From Octopus vulgaris (taxonomy: Eukaryota): 64,000 nucleotides of DNA. Positions 1-12,651 of this stretch are shown here, piece by piece; the first letter of the stretch is position 1; the number at the start of each line of letters is the position of its first letter. The translations under genes were made by a program, and so were the position numbers. The notes below the pieces were generated by a model. The model saw only the letters and a program-made list of their open reading frames with translations. It was not told the origin of the DNA and searched no databases. Location of the stretch: contig OX597826.1 of the NCBI GenBank assembly GCA_951406725.2, positions 53,320,001 through 53,384,000 on the forward strand. The letters are read 5' to 3'.

Positions 1-1164
1 CTGAGTTCAAATCCCGCCGAGATTGAATTTGCATTTCATACTTCCGGAATCAGTTGAACACCGGGGTCAGTGTAATCGACTCAACTCCTCACCCGAATTT
101 GCTGGCCTTGTGCCAAAATTTGAAATCAATATTAAATAAATTTTTACTGAGCAACAATTTTCGACTCTATGTATAAAATACACGTACACCCTTACTTGTA
201 ACACACATATGCACACACATTAAATCGTGTCTAAAATACTGAAGCATTGAGAAACATGACGGGAGCAAAAGACTTAAATTTAAAGTAAAATTTCCAGAAC
301 CATGTGCAACCTATCATTGAATGTATATCATATTTTTCCGGGTTTTCAGCGTTATAAATCTTGTGCAGAATTGCTTGTGGGAAACTCGAGGACTTCGAGT
401 TATATAATCAATCTAATATCGATCTAGTGTCAACTATGAACCACAAGCGATTTACTTCAATTACTGCAACAACTGAAATACAAATATTAACTTTTAATCA
501 GTCATTAAGTTTTACATCTGTTGCAAATGTACAATAATCGAAATAAATGTTATTCGTGGAGCTATTTATATATATATATGTATCGCCATATTTTAAAATG
601 GTGTACAGAAGTGGACGAATAACTAAGACAGACACGAACACGTACACTTATATGTATGGGTGTATGTGTTTGTATATACACACACATATGCATAGCGAGG
701 CAGGGGGATGGCTGTGTGGTTATGAAGCTTGTTTCCCAACCATATGAGATTCAAGGTATGTGGGACAACATTATCTAATGTATCTTATCCTCATAAAAGA
801 CGGGTAGGATGTGATTTGAGGAAAGATTTAACTGCTATTTCTTGCACGTCGAGCGACCACAAAGTGGCATTGTCTTCAGCTCATTAAGTGTACAGTTAAT
901 TAATATGGTAGTAATAAAAGCAATCCTTTTACCCGAGTTCAAATTCATGCTGTCACACAGAAACACAACTCAAACTCCAAAATATAATCCAACGAATGTT
1001 TACTTCTTTAAGCCCTTCGCTCTCCGTCGGCGACTTTAAGCCCTTCGCTCCCCGTCAGCGACCTTTTCTTCACCGTCCTCAACTCAGGCTTGTCTTTTTC
1101 TCTCCCTGGTCTTGTTAGCTTTAAATCATTATCAGTGCTTCTGTAACTTAGCTTCTAACTAGAG

Positions 1165-1710
1165 ATGTTGGCCCTGGCAGCTTGGGCAAGTATCTTTTAC
1201 TAAGGCCTCGGGACGACCAAAGCCTTGTGAGCGGATTTGGTAGGCAGAAACTGAAAGGCGGTGAGCTGGCAGAAACGTTAGCATGCCGGTCGAAATGCTT
1301 AGCGATATTTCGTCTGCCGCTATGTTCTGAGTTCAAATTCCGACGAGGTCGACTTTGCATTTCATCCTTTCGGGGTCGATAAATTAAGTACCAGTTACGC
1401 ACTGGGGTCGATCTGTCCTTGTTTGTCCCCTCTATGTTTAGCCCCTTGTGGGCAATAAAGAAATAAGAAACTGAAAGAAGCTCACCGTGTGTGTGTGTGT
1501 GTGTGTTTGCTCCCCCATCGTTTGGCAACCGATGTTGGTGTGTTTACGTCCCGGTGACTTAGCGGTTCAGAAAAAGATACCGATAGAATAAGTACTAGGC
1601 TTACAAATAATAAGTCCTGGGGTCCATGTGTTCGACTAAAAACCCTTTAAGGCGGTGTGCTCCAGCATGGCTGCAGTCAGATGACTTAAACACGTAAAAG
1701 AATAAAAGAA
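1165..1710 (+). mobile_element. Group B SINE (CORE-like, internal microsatellite) interrupted by a group C SINE at 1255-1465
   Basis: cttgggcaagt core and gccttgtgag.ggatttggtag motif. Insert flanked by agaaactgaaag at 1246-1257 and 1466-1477. Confidence 0.88.
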
Positions 1711-2289
1711 TAGTCTGGCCTCTATCCTTTGACCTATCCAACATAGCCAGCCGCCAGTTCTGTCTCGAGCTTGCGCAGTGCTGGCATAGTTTTTAAGATT
1801 ATTGAGTCACACAAAAACCGGACTTTGTGGTGATCAACGAATCTAAAACCACATAAAAGTACTAATTAGAAAAAATCTTTTAGACAGAAAAAGAAAAATC
1901 TATGCAGAGCTTATTAAACATAACAAGGCACTTTTTTCTTATTACTTTAGTTTTATTTTTTAAACGATTTCCTCATTCGTATTTACCTTTCCCTTTCTCC
2001 CATTTACGTATTAAAGACGCCATTTTATATTTCTGCTCCTGTCTAAATATTTCAGTGGCAGCTTTTGTTGTTTTAGCCCGCTTCTGTCAAAACCTTTCCC
2101 TGGTTGGCTGGTTTCTAGTAAAGCAGATTTATGTGTCAAACAATGTTTGGTTTATCGATTTAAAGATCAGAAATAATGCAATGTTTGCAGAATGACCAGT
2201 GGAATGGTGAAGCCAGAGAGAAAGAGTGAAAGGTATAGGCCTGTTTGGTCTGGCACCGGCTTTAATTGTGTAATACATAGCAAATGTTA

Positions 2290-3205
2290 ATAACGATGGT
2301 GGTGTTGGAGGTAGTGTTAGCATTGGAGGCAGTGTTGGGGGTAGCGCTGGTGTTGGAGATAGTATAGGTGTTGGTGGTTGTGGTGACATTACTTGGTGAT
2401 AGTGCTGGTGGTATTGTTGGTAGTGTTGATGGTAATGATGGTGATGGTGGCGATGGTGGTGGTGCAGGTCGTCGTCGTCGTTGTCGTATCATTAGTGTTT
2501 ATAATGGCAGTTATTAAGTAGATATTTTTGGTGGCCTTACTAATTATAAAGTTGTTATTGTTGTTGGGTGGTGGTGGTGGGATGGAGGTAGTGGTAGTTG
2601 TTGTTGTTGTTGTTGTTGTTGTTGTTAAGCAACAAGACAGGTAAGGGTGATTAGGTGATGGTCTAGGGCTTAGGGGCGGGATACCCCAGACCTTGGAAAA
2701 AAAAAAAACTGGTCGTCTTGTTGTAGTCGAGGGCTCTTCGTTGACGCCCGGTACCACTGGGAGGTGGCCTTCGAAGTCGCTGGAAATAGAGATCTCCAGG
2801 TCCAAATTCTTGAACGGCTGGTGGTGGTGGTTGTGGTGGTGGTATTTATGCTTGTGGTGGTAAGTATACTACTAGCAAGGAAATAGTACTAGCAATGATG
2901 ATGATCATAACTATGATCATCATCGACTGGTCATCATGATCATCATCATGATCGAGTGGTGGTGGTGGTGGTAGTGGTGATGGTGGTGGTGGTGGCAATG
3001 ATGATGATGGTGGTGTCAGTGGTGGAGGGATTAGCGATAGTAATCATGACGATGATGATGGTAGTGATGGTGGCGATGACAGTTATGATGATGGTGGTGG
3101 CGGTGGTATTATTGATGAGAATGACTTTGGTGGTGGTGGTGGTGGTGGTGGTGGTGGTGCTAATGATTATGGTGATAGTAGTGGTGTTGATGGAGATGAT
3201 GGATT
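2290..3205. repeat. Compound (GGT/GTT/GAT)n trinucleotide low-complexity region
   Basis: Directly visible. Confidence 0.9.
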
Positions 3206-3493
3206 AGACGTAGTTAATTATTAATAGTTCATTAATCGTTGATTTCTCTAAAGAATGCCAAGTACTCTCCATGGTGCCAGCACACACACTTATGATCATC
3301 CTGTGTTAATCTAATCTCATAATAAATTCTCTCTTTTGATATTTCTAAGTAGCAACTTAACTACGAGGGAAGCTTGATAGATTCATGCTCAAGCATGAAG
3401 TGAAATAGCAAGAATGAATTTGAAATCCCAATGCTCGACCAGGGGTCCCGTGAGTTTACAACCCACATATACACGTTTTGTTATATATATATA

Positions 3494-3718
3494 GGAGGCG
3501 CAATGGCCTAGTGGTTAGGGCAGCGGACTTGCGGTCGGAGGATCGCGGTTTCGATTCCCAGACCGGGCGTTGTGTGTGTTTATTGAGCGAAAACACCTAA
3601 AAGCTCCACGAGGCTCCGGCAGGAGGTGGTGATCCCTGCTGTACTCTTTCACCACTCTAAAAGGCGGTGCTCCAGTATGGCCGCAGTCAAATGACTGAAA
3701 CAAGTACAGAAAAAAAAT
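3494..3718 (+). mobile_element. Chimeric SINE: group A tRNA-like head and core joined to the group B 3' tail
   Basis: ggaggcgcaatggcctagtggttaggg..gtttcgattccc (A and B boxes), core, then taaaaggcggtgctccagtatggccgcagtcaaatgactgaaac. Confidence 0.8.
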
Positions 3719-3728
3719 ACAGAAAATA

Positions 3729-3892
3729 GGCGTAGGAGTGGCTGTGTGGTAAGTAGCGGTTCGGCAAAAGAGACCGATAGAATAAGTACTATGCTTACAA
3801 AGAATAAGTCCTGGGGTCGATTTGCTCGACTAAAGGCGGTGCTCCAGCATGGCCACAGTCACATGACTGAAACAAGTAAAGAGAGTAAAAGA
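3729..3892 (+). mobile_element. Internally deleted group B SINE
   Basis: Head ggcgtaggagtggctgtgtggtaagtagc fused directly to ggttcggcaaaagagacc. Compare the full copy at 34815-35220. Confidence 0.85.
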
Positions 3893-3909
3893 GATATAGA
3901 TAGATAGAC

Positions 3910-3972
<63 letters not shown>

Positions 3973-4135
3973 CATATACTTGCGTACGCATATAATATAG
4001 ATGCATACAATATATATGTATAAATAGATGCATACATAGACGTACACACACGTGCATGCGCATATATATATATGTATGTATGTATGTATGCATATGTATG
4101 TATATGTATGTATGTATATGTATGTGTGTGTGTAT
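3890..4135. repeat. (GATA)n then (TATG)n microsatellites
   Basis: Directly visible. Confidence 0.95.
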
Positions 4136-4671
4136 GCAGTAGTCGTAGGAGTGGTGGGTGTAATTACTGTGGTTGAGAGTCTATTTAGACCTCTGCAAAA
4201 TTCATGACTGCAGCGAAGGGCTTTCCTGAGGTACTGGTGTCAAAATACGTGTTTAATGCTGGGTTTTATGGATGAGACAGCAAAAGGATGTGAAAGAGAA
4301 AGAAAGGCATCTGATGAATCAGACGGCTTCGTGTGGGAGTGGAACACAGTTTAATAGTCCAGGCGAACAAGAACTTATTAGTTATGACAAAAAGAAAAAG
4401 AAAACCAATGATGATTCAGCAAGACGACGGTTGTAGTATATTTGCTTGTTGAGCTTTTTCTATTAGTCAGATGAACTTTAAACAGTCTGCGCGCGCATGC
4501 ACGTGTTTAGCAGCTATTTTGGTACATGATATATGAATAATACTCTAATAGGGGTTGCACTTTTGCCTTCGAGAGGTTTAATATCTGTAAATGGCTGTGT
4601 GGTTAAGAAACTCGCTTTGCGACCACGTGGTTTCAGGTTAGGTCTCACTGCAAAGTACATTGGGGAACTGT

Positions 4672-4964
4672 GGGGGAACATGGCCTAGTGGTTAGAGCAG
4701 CGGTCGAGGGATCGTGGGTTCGAATCTCAGACCGGGCAATGTGTGTGTTTATGAACGAAGCACCTAAGCTCCACGCGACTCCGGCAGAAGGTAATGGCGA
4801 ACTTCTGCTGACTCTTTCGCAAGAACTTTCTCTCACTCTTTCCTCCTGCATCTTGTAACTCACCTGCGACAGACCGGCGTCCCGTCCAGGTGTGGAACCT
4901 ATACGCCAGGGAAACCGGGAAACCGGCCCTAATGAGCCAGGCGTGGCTCGAGAAGGAACAAACA
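4672..4964 (+). mobile_element. Group A tRNA-derived SINE (third tail type) nested in a group B SINE
   Basis: 15-bp TSD acattggggaactgt at 4657-4671 and 4965-4979, A/B boxes, (aac)n tail. Confidence 0.88.
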
Positions 4965-5069
4965 ACATTGGGGAACTGTTTTCTTCTGCAGTCCCGGCCT
5001 GACTAATGTCTTGTAAGTTAATTTGATAGACGGAAACTATGTGGAAGTCTATCGTGTCGTATATATACA

Positions 5070-5260
5070 CAGGGTTATTCAAAAAGAATCAACCGATTTC
5101 ATTACACAATACTTTAATAAGGAAAAGCAATAGAAAACTCCAGCTAAGTCACAAGTATTTACTCACAATCAACTTTTATTTCCTGTCTTACAAGTGTTCA
5201 ATGTGGTCACCACCTGCAGCACGGGTAACATCAATGCGATAAGAGAATTCCTCCCAGACA
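5070..5260 (-). mobile_element. Tc1/mariner-superfamily transposon 3' end relic
   Basis: 5259 to 5188 translates VWEEFSYRIDVTRAAGGDHIEHL*, a typical Tc1-like transposase C-terminus. TIR-like CAGGGTTATTCAAAA at 5070. Confidence 0.7.
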
Positions 5261-6019
5261 ATTATTAATTGCTTTATTCTCACTTGTCAGAAAAAGGATG
5301 GCATATTAAGTATAGCTTACAAGATGAATAACAGTTACCAGTGGTATAGGGAATTTTAGATAATTGTAATGTTTTCATTGTCCAAATATACGGTATACAA
5401 TCAAAAAGCTTTCTGATAACCCGGCCACTGTACAACCAAATTTCTGCGGGTTGTTTTCTTAATTGATATTGTTGTGTACAGTCTCGTATTTTCATTTTTA
5501 CCATTGTTGGTGACACGACGATTCTGTGAGAAATGGCCGAGCCACGCTGTGATGTATCTCATATACAATGTCCTAACTGGCTTTTGGTCGGTAGCTTTTA
5601 GCTTGGGTGGTTTACCAATTTTTTAAATAAGTATAAAGGCAGACGACAGCCATTTTGGCAATCCTAACATACCCACATTCAGTTTCGATATAGTAATGTT
5701 AAAATTCGTCTATAAAAAGTGAAATCCTTTTGTCGATATTATATGATCTGGGCCTGAGAATATTTTGTTTGTCATTTTTCTGCACTGTGATGTGAATTTC
5801 ATTTTATGCTTATTCAACAAGTTCACGGTAGTCTTGCTCTAGTTCTCTCGCCCAGAAAGCAAGCTTGATTAACTATTTTCTCCCATTCATAGACTTTCAG
5901 TACTTTACGTTGAAGCTGTTATTTAGGTAATGTAATTTATTTGTAGCAACATAGAGCGTTAGCTTAGAGATTTAGAGTAAACCACATTCTGTTATGAGAG
6001 GTGAGGGCGGATGAGTGTC

Positions 6020-8364
6020 AGATCACTTCTTAATGCAGGGTAAGTTGAAGGTATGCTCAAAATGGAACGCTAGATGAGTGACAAGGAGGAGAGAGGTTGT
6101 GAAGGTGAGTGAACTGGATAGGAGGGAAAAGGAGCAGGAGTATGTAGAGAAACTGAGAGGTGAATATGAACAGGTTAAGAAACGAGAGGTAGGAGAAGTG
6201 GAAGAGGAGTGAGAGGCTTTTAAAGATGCAGTAATGAGATGTGCCTCTGAGGTATGTTGTACACGAGTGGTGGAATGGGTGTGAGGAAAGGTAGTGAGTG
6301 GTGGAATGAGCAGGTAAGGGATGTGGTGGCAGAGAAGCAAAGGACATTTGAAGAGTGGTTGCAGAAACGGGACTGAGAGGATTATGGTCGATACAGACAA
6401 GTGAAGGGGAGAGTAAAGAGAGTGGTGAGGGTGGTGAAATTGGAGGCAAGCGACAGGTTCGGGAAAAAGTCGAGGGAAAATTTTGTAAGAAATAAAAAGA
6501 TGTTTTGGAAAGAGGTACAGAGGGTAAGGAAGGTGGTTTGAGGAATGGTAGCAAGGGTGAAGGATATAAATGGAAATTTGAGGATGTACAAAGGAGGTGG
6601 GCAGAGTATTTTAGTGAGCTGTTAAATGTAGAGGATGTTAGGGAAGTAAGTATAGTGGCTGTAGGAAGAGAGAGGAGAATGTCTGTTGTTGGGGAATGGA
6701 ACTACGGTGCAATTGGAAGAGAGGAGTTGAGGGAATCTTTGCAGAAGATGGCAAACCGGAAGACGCCAGGTATAGTGGAATGCCTAAAGAAAGGAGGAGT
6801 GACAGTGCTTGAATGGCTAGTGCGGCTTATGAATGTTTGTTATATGGCTGGAAGAGTACCGAAGGCCTAGTGCAGTGCCTGTATAGTGTCATTGTACAAG
6901 GGGAAAGGGGATAAATGCGAGTGTGGAAAATTTAGGGGTATAGGTCTGTTGTGTGTGGTTGGTAAACTGTATAGGAGAATTCTGATTGTTAGGGTGAGGA
7001 ACCAGACAGAGAGTATACTAAGGGAGGAGCAGTGTTGTTTTAGGTGTGGAAGTGGATGTGCAGATCAAATATTTGTAGTAAGGCAGATGTTTGAGGCTTT
7101 TGGAAAAAGGGAGGGAGGTGTTTTGGGCCTTTATGGACCTAGAGAAGGCACATGACCGAGTGGGTAGGGATGCAATGTGACAGGTGTTGAGGTTGCATGG
7201 AGTAGATGGTAGATTGCTGAGAGCTGCTCAGAGTTTTTAGAGAGACAGTAGGGCGTGCGTTAGGGTGGTTGTTGAAGTAAGTGAGTGGTTTTATATGAAA
7301 GTGGGGTTAAGACAGGGTTGTGTGATGTCTCCGTGGCTGTTTAATCTATATGTGGATGGTGTGGTGATTGAGGTAAATGATAGAACCTATCGTAGGGGAG
7401 GCCAAATTGTGGGAGAAAATGGCGAGAAATGGCAGGTGAGTCAGTTGTTGTTTGCTGATGATACTGCACTCGTGGTGGATTTGGAAGAGCAACTGAGGAG
7501 ACTGGTGGTAGAGTTTGGGAGAATGTGTGAGAAGAGGAAACTGAAAGTGGATGTAGCTAAGAGTAAGGTGATAAGATGCTCGAGAGAGGGAATGGCTGGT
7601 AGGATGGATGTGAGTATAAATGATGAGATGTTAGAGGATGTGAGTGTGTTTAAGTATCTGGGATCCCATGCGACGGCAGATGGGGTGTTGGCTGAGGAAG
7701 TGGGATATAAAGTGAAGGAGTGGAGTTAGATATTTGGAGTTGTGAAAGGTATGCTGAGAGATAAAAGGTTAAGTATGAAAGTGAAAAGAGTTGTGTATGT
7801 GGGCGTGATTGCGCCGACAATGTTATATAGTGCAGAGATGTTGAGACTGAGAGAGGGAGAAAGGAGGCGACTAGATGCGTTTGAGATGAGATGTCTGAGG
7901 GCTATGGTTGGTGTGACACAGATGGACAGGATGAGGAATGAGGAGGTGCGAAGGCAAGTAGGAATGAGAAAAAAAAAACTAACAACCAAATTGGATAGAC
8001 GAATGTTGAGGTGGTTTGGTCACATGGAGAGGATAGATAAGGAGTGGATGGTAAGAAGAGTGATGAAGGCAGAAGTGGTAGGCAGCAGAACCAGAGGCAG
8101 ACCTCGGTTGTGTAGATGATGGAGTGGGGAAAGCTTTGGTGGTTAAAGAAATTGAAGTAAGAGAGGCAAGAAAATTTACAACTGATACAAAAGCTTGGAG
8201 AGTGCCTGTCGACGAATGAGTGAATTTGATGTTACTCAAAGAGGTACAGAACTAGAGTGATGCGGCGGGGGTAAACCAGCTGCTGATATTGGAGGTTGCC
8301 TTAACCTAGCATAGAACGGGGCTCACCTCTTTGAGCTTGAAAATGAATGGAGAATAGACCTGGA

Positions 8365-8370
<6 letters not shown>
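6020..8370 (+). mobile_element. RTE-clade LINE, 5'-truncated, degenerate RT ORF plus 3' UTR
   Basis: Consecutive broken ORFs with LYKGKGD, EEQCCFR.G.GCADQIF, GLRQGCVMSPWLFNLY, LLFADD, FKYLGS, LRWFGHMER and RGRPR. Several stops and frameshifts. Confidence 0.93.
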
Positions 8371-8439
<69 letters not shown>

Positions 8440-8556
8440 TATAATTCAGGGTGAATACTTGATAAGAGTAAGCACCTGTATATGCCAGCTAGTAGCAGAG
8501 GTGAGAGGGTATATGCATCAAATGAAATAAAAAAAAAACAGAACACAAAGGATATC

Positions 8557-8651
8557 GCGGTACACGTGTTTCAAGCTTTATACAACAACCTATTCTTACA
8601 TCAATGTATAATCAACATATGGTTTAAAGGTTTAAAGCTCTCTTCAGCCGC
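8557..8651 (-). ncRNA. Type I hammerhead ribozyme motif (Penelope/retrozyme-type), intact core
   Basis: Minus strand reads GCGG-CUGAAGA-GAGCUUUA-(52 nt)-UAAAGCUU-GAAA-CACGUG-UA-CCGC: stem I, core boxes, 8-bp stem II, palindromic stem III and a GUA cleavage triplet. Confidence 0.75.
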
Positions 8652-8897
8652 ATGCAATTGCTATACCAAAGACTTACATCACATTATGAAAAAATCAAAA
8701 ATGTACATTTGGTATTATCTATAATGGTGGGTATATTGAGTTTCACTGAGAAAGTATGTTTGTAAATCTTCATAATCAAATAGATAAGTAGGGTATCATT
8801 GGACATCAAAAATCCGTCCATACTCTACCGTCAGTTAACATAGAGTGAATGTTGAGTAGATTCGAGAGGGTTCATTCCTCTTGTAAGGGAAGGAAAT

Positions 8898-9291
8898 GGA
8901 TGGAATGGAAGCACTCCGTCGGTTACGACGACGAGGGTTCCGGTTGATCCGAATCAACGGAACAGCCTGCTCGTGAAATTAACGTGTAAGTGGCTGAGCA
9001 CTCCACAGACACGTGTACCCTTAACGTAGTTCTCGGGGATATTCAGCGTGACACAGAGAGTGACAAGGCCGGCCCCTTGAAATACAGGTACAACAGAAAC
9101 AGGAAGTAAGAGTGAGAGAAAGTTGTGGTGAAAGAGTACAGCGGGGATCACCACCATCCCCTGCCGGAGCCTCGTGGAGCTTTAGGTCTTTTCGCTCAAT
9201 AAACACTCACAACGCCCGGTCTGGGGATCGAAACCGCGATCCTATGACCGCGAGTCCGCTGCCCTAACCACTGGGCCATTGCGCCTCCACG
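8898..9291 (-). mobile_element. Group A tRNA-derived SINE (long tail type)
   Basis: Near-identical to 52591-52984, 54324-54712 and 62719-63102. TSD agggaaggaaat at 8886-8897 and 9292-9303. Confidence 0.92.
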
Positions 9292-10606
9292 AGGGAAGGA
9301 AATAAGGAGAAATGAAGATGGAGAAAAGGAAGAAATAGAATAAATAGAAAAAAAAGAAATAGGGAGAGTATGGAGAGGAAAGAAAAGAGAAAAGAAAGAG
9401 AGAAAAATGGGAAGAAAAAGAAGGAGAAGAGGAGGAAAAAATGGAGAAAAGGTACTAATGTTGGGATCCTACGTAAAAAATATAAATATAATTTATTTAT
9501 ATTTATATTTAAATTTTCAGGTTTCAAATTATGTGTCTGTAAACTGCTTTTCTTAAATCTGTGGTATAAATTTTTGGTATTTATGAAAGTGCTCTGTGCT
9601 ATATTGCATAACTACGGTACTCTTTAAAATGGTTCTTCGTAGAAATAAAATTTCATGGTTCAAATTACTCGCCACCTTAGATCATAATGTTTGCTTTTGT
9701 TTTGACTCCATTGCTTCAGATTCTTACGATGAGTTAGCAATGTGATTCCTGACTCATACAGCAGGATATTTAGAGTCTCATATGTTGTTTTTATACCTCC
9801 GACCGAGAACCTTTTGGAAAATTTCCTTTTATTTCATTTGCTACTCGCAGTTCTAGTCGGGAAAGCTATATTTATGTATTTATAATGAATGGTTTATACT
9901 TAAGGCCACCTATGTGTGTCCCTATTTCATCATATCTCCCATATGTTTTGCTTCTAAGATACTGTCTCAGCCTCCCTCTAATGAAGCAATCTCTTTACCT
10001 AACTTCAGTCGAACGAAGTATCAGTGACCACTAGCCACGGACCATCTTTTAGTTCAGTTCACGTCCAGGACTACTGAGTTACCATTCGAGGCCAGGAAAT
10101 GTTTTGCTTGCTCTGAGCTTCAGATCTTTCTCAAAGAGCACTGCTACTGTATCCGACCTGACCAAAAGAAATGTATGCCTTGTAGTGGTCCACAAGAAGT
10201 GTTAAGGCATTCGCTCTGGAGTGTTAAGGCATTCCTTCTGATCTCGCTAATGGCTACCATACGTTTATCTCTAGCTGAACGTAAGATCGTTTAGCGAATG
10301 ACTTTGCTTTCAGGCCAACCCCAGGCCACTTCATTCGTGCAAACGACTGTTCTTATGGCCACATAAACGTAGAATATTGAAAGTGGATAAGGTTAATTAC
10401 GGCCGTCCTTTTGTTAAGTGGCTTCTCCAAGGAATATCGACAAGTGTCTGCATACTTCCGGCGTTGTCCACGTCGAAACTCAGTCGGTCGCCATTTTTTT
10501 AGAAGTTACTTAATAACTTCTTCCAAGTCATGTTTGCAATCCTTTAGTGTTTCCAACAGCGATACCATTCAGCCTTCGGTGAGCGGTATAGCCGAGGCGT
10601 AATCTG

Positions 10607-10665
10607 TTTGTTGTTGTTGTTGATGATGTTGTTGTTGTTGTCGTCGTCGTCGTCGTTGTTGTTGT

Positions 10666-10699
<34 letters not shown>

Positions 10700-11124
10700 G
10701 TTGCTGCCGCCGCCGCCGTCGTCGCTGTTGTTGTTACTGCAGCCGCTGCTATTTTTGTGGTTGTTATTGTTTTTGTTTTGTTATTTTATGCGATAGTTAT
10801 GGTTTATAGTTCTTTTTTCCTTTGTGCTTTTTTATCGTTGTGATTATTCTTTTGTTGTTGCTCTGATTGTTGTTGTGTTAGGTAGCTCATTGTTGGTTTC
10901 TTTGGCATTTTCCTCCCACAATTTTTTGCCACAACAACCTTTCGATTTTGTGGGTACGTTAACCGGTCTTGAATGTTCTGTCTCTCTGTCTCTCTCTCTT
11001 TCTCTCTCTCTCTGTCTCCGTCTCTCTGTTTCTGTCTCTCTGTTTCTCTCTCTCTGTCTCTGTCTCTCTATTTCTCTCTCTCTGTTTCTCTGTCTCTCTG
11101 TCTCTGTTTCTGTCTCTGTTTCTC

Positions 11125-11157
<33 letters not shown>

Positions 11158-11198
11158 GTCTGTCTCTCTGTCTCTCTCTCTCTATCTCTCTCTCCCTC
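10607..11198. repeat. (GTT)n tract and CT/(CTCTGT)n pyrimidine tract
   Basis: Directly visible at about 10607-10780 and 10975-11198. Confidence 0.95.
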
Positions 11199-11486
11199 TT
11201 CAAGTCCATCATCCAGCATTTGTTAGACTTACCCTCGTCACTTGTCGAAATTTTGAGGAAGGGCTCATACCCGCGCGCGCGTGTGTGTGAGAGAGAGCGT
11301 GTGTGTGTGTTTGTGTGCATGTATGTGTGCGTATTCGTCTCTCACATACATACATAGACACAAAGGAACCTTAGAGACAGGGAAGGCTCCTTTGTTTTGT
11401 TACTGTGAACTTTGAAATTGTGTTAATGTCGCAGTTACTTTTGTTGTTACGGCGATGTGGCTGCGGTGAATGTAGTGGTAGTAGCA

Positions 11487-11549
<63 letters not shown>

Positions 11550-11739
11550 CATACATACATACAGTAAAGTCGACCTCAGTAGAATTTGAACTCAGAATGT
11601 AATGAAGGACGAAATGTTGCTAAGCATTTTGCCCGGCTTGCTAACGACTCTCCCAGTTCACCGCCTTAATCTAGGGAATAGTCAGTATTCAGTTATAGGT
11701 GTTATAATTTATAATCAACAAAGGAATTCAAGTTTGCTC

Positions 11740-12424
11740 ATTTGAGTTGTTCTTGCTAGTTATCAATTAGGTACGAGACGTATAAGCATAGTTGTTTCGG
11801 TGCTGCTTCTTTGGCGTTGTTGATTCGACGCTGACTTATTTGACATAAGACGTTTTACTCTTTCTCTTGTTCCCTGCCTCCCTCTCCCTCTCACTATGTT
11901 TATGCATGTGAACATGTTTCTCTTTATGTGCATGAGGAGAGGGAATGTTTTTTTTATGTCAACCATGTTCGATTAATAAGTTGTAATGTCGTAATGCCAC
12001 TCTATCTGTATGCGTATATTTCTGCGCATGTGTATGCTCAGCGCCACAAAGTACTGTCACTAAAACAGGCTGAATATCCCGTCAGTCGTGCCAAATCATC
12101 AGCGTCTAAACAGCTGCGCCATGTAATCTCATTCCGTTATTAATTGATCTCGGAACTTGAATAATAAACAAATTCTTCCATATCCTTTGATATGAAGCAT
12201 CGAATGATAAATAGCGACCACTTGACTGTTCATGAAACGGTCCTTCAGAGTAAAGCTATTTCTCTTTTGAACAAAGAATTAAATTTGAGTTGTTCTTGCT
12301 AGTTATCAATTAGGTACGAGACGTATAAGCATAGTTGTTTCGGTGCTGCTTCTTTGGCGTTGTTGATTCGACGCTGACTTATTTGACATAAGACGTTTTA
12401 CTCTTTCTCTTGTTCCCTGCCTCC
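11740..12424 (+). repeat. 142-bp direct duplication (11740-11881 and 12283-12424)
   Basis: Copies are identical by eye, offset 543 bp. A diverged relative lies at about 43550-43610. Confidence 0.9.
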
Positions 12425-12651
12425 TTCTTCCTCTCAAACAACAGCTATTCAAAAAATATTAACATAGCTTTTACATACCTTTTTCTTTGTTTATGCACCT
12501 ATATAATCTATGAGATGTGAGCTTATAGAAAATATTATTTTAGCCTTATTTAATTTATATATTGTGTGGCTAAAACTATTTTACAACTATTTTTGATCCG
12601 ACTGAAAAAAGGAATAGCTTGGTTCGCATTTATAGTCACTATTACAAAGTT

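Noticed and set aside
1006-1061. 28-bp tandem duplication (similar short duplications at about 10199-10234, 55920-56000 and 63500-63541)
   Set aside because: Two or three copies without unique spacers: ordinary slippage, not a CRISPR-like array.
4310-4325. CTGATGA within tctgatgaatcaga
   Set aside because: Simple short palindrome with no stem II/GAAA/stem III arrangement.
8954-9157. Recurrent 67-aa ORF MVVIPAVLFHH... (four copies) and MRNWYLIYRP... ORFs
   Set aside because: They lie wholly within SINE copies, so they are not a gene family.
9521-9627. tttcAG followed by an open frame, considered as the missing N-terminal formin exon
   Set aside because: No INF2-like residues and no donor giving the required phase 1. 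A similar negative result was obtained at about 13129.
9960-10600. Possible very old LINE remnant on the minus strand
   Set aside because: Only one short motif (KAYISF..YSSSA) is recognisable, which is insufficient.
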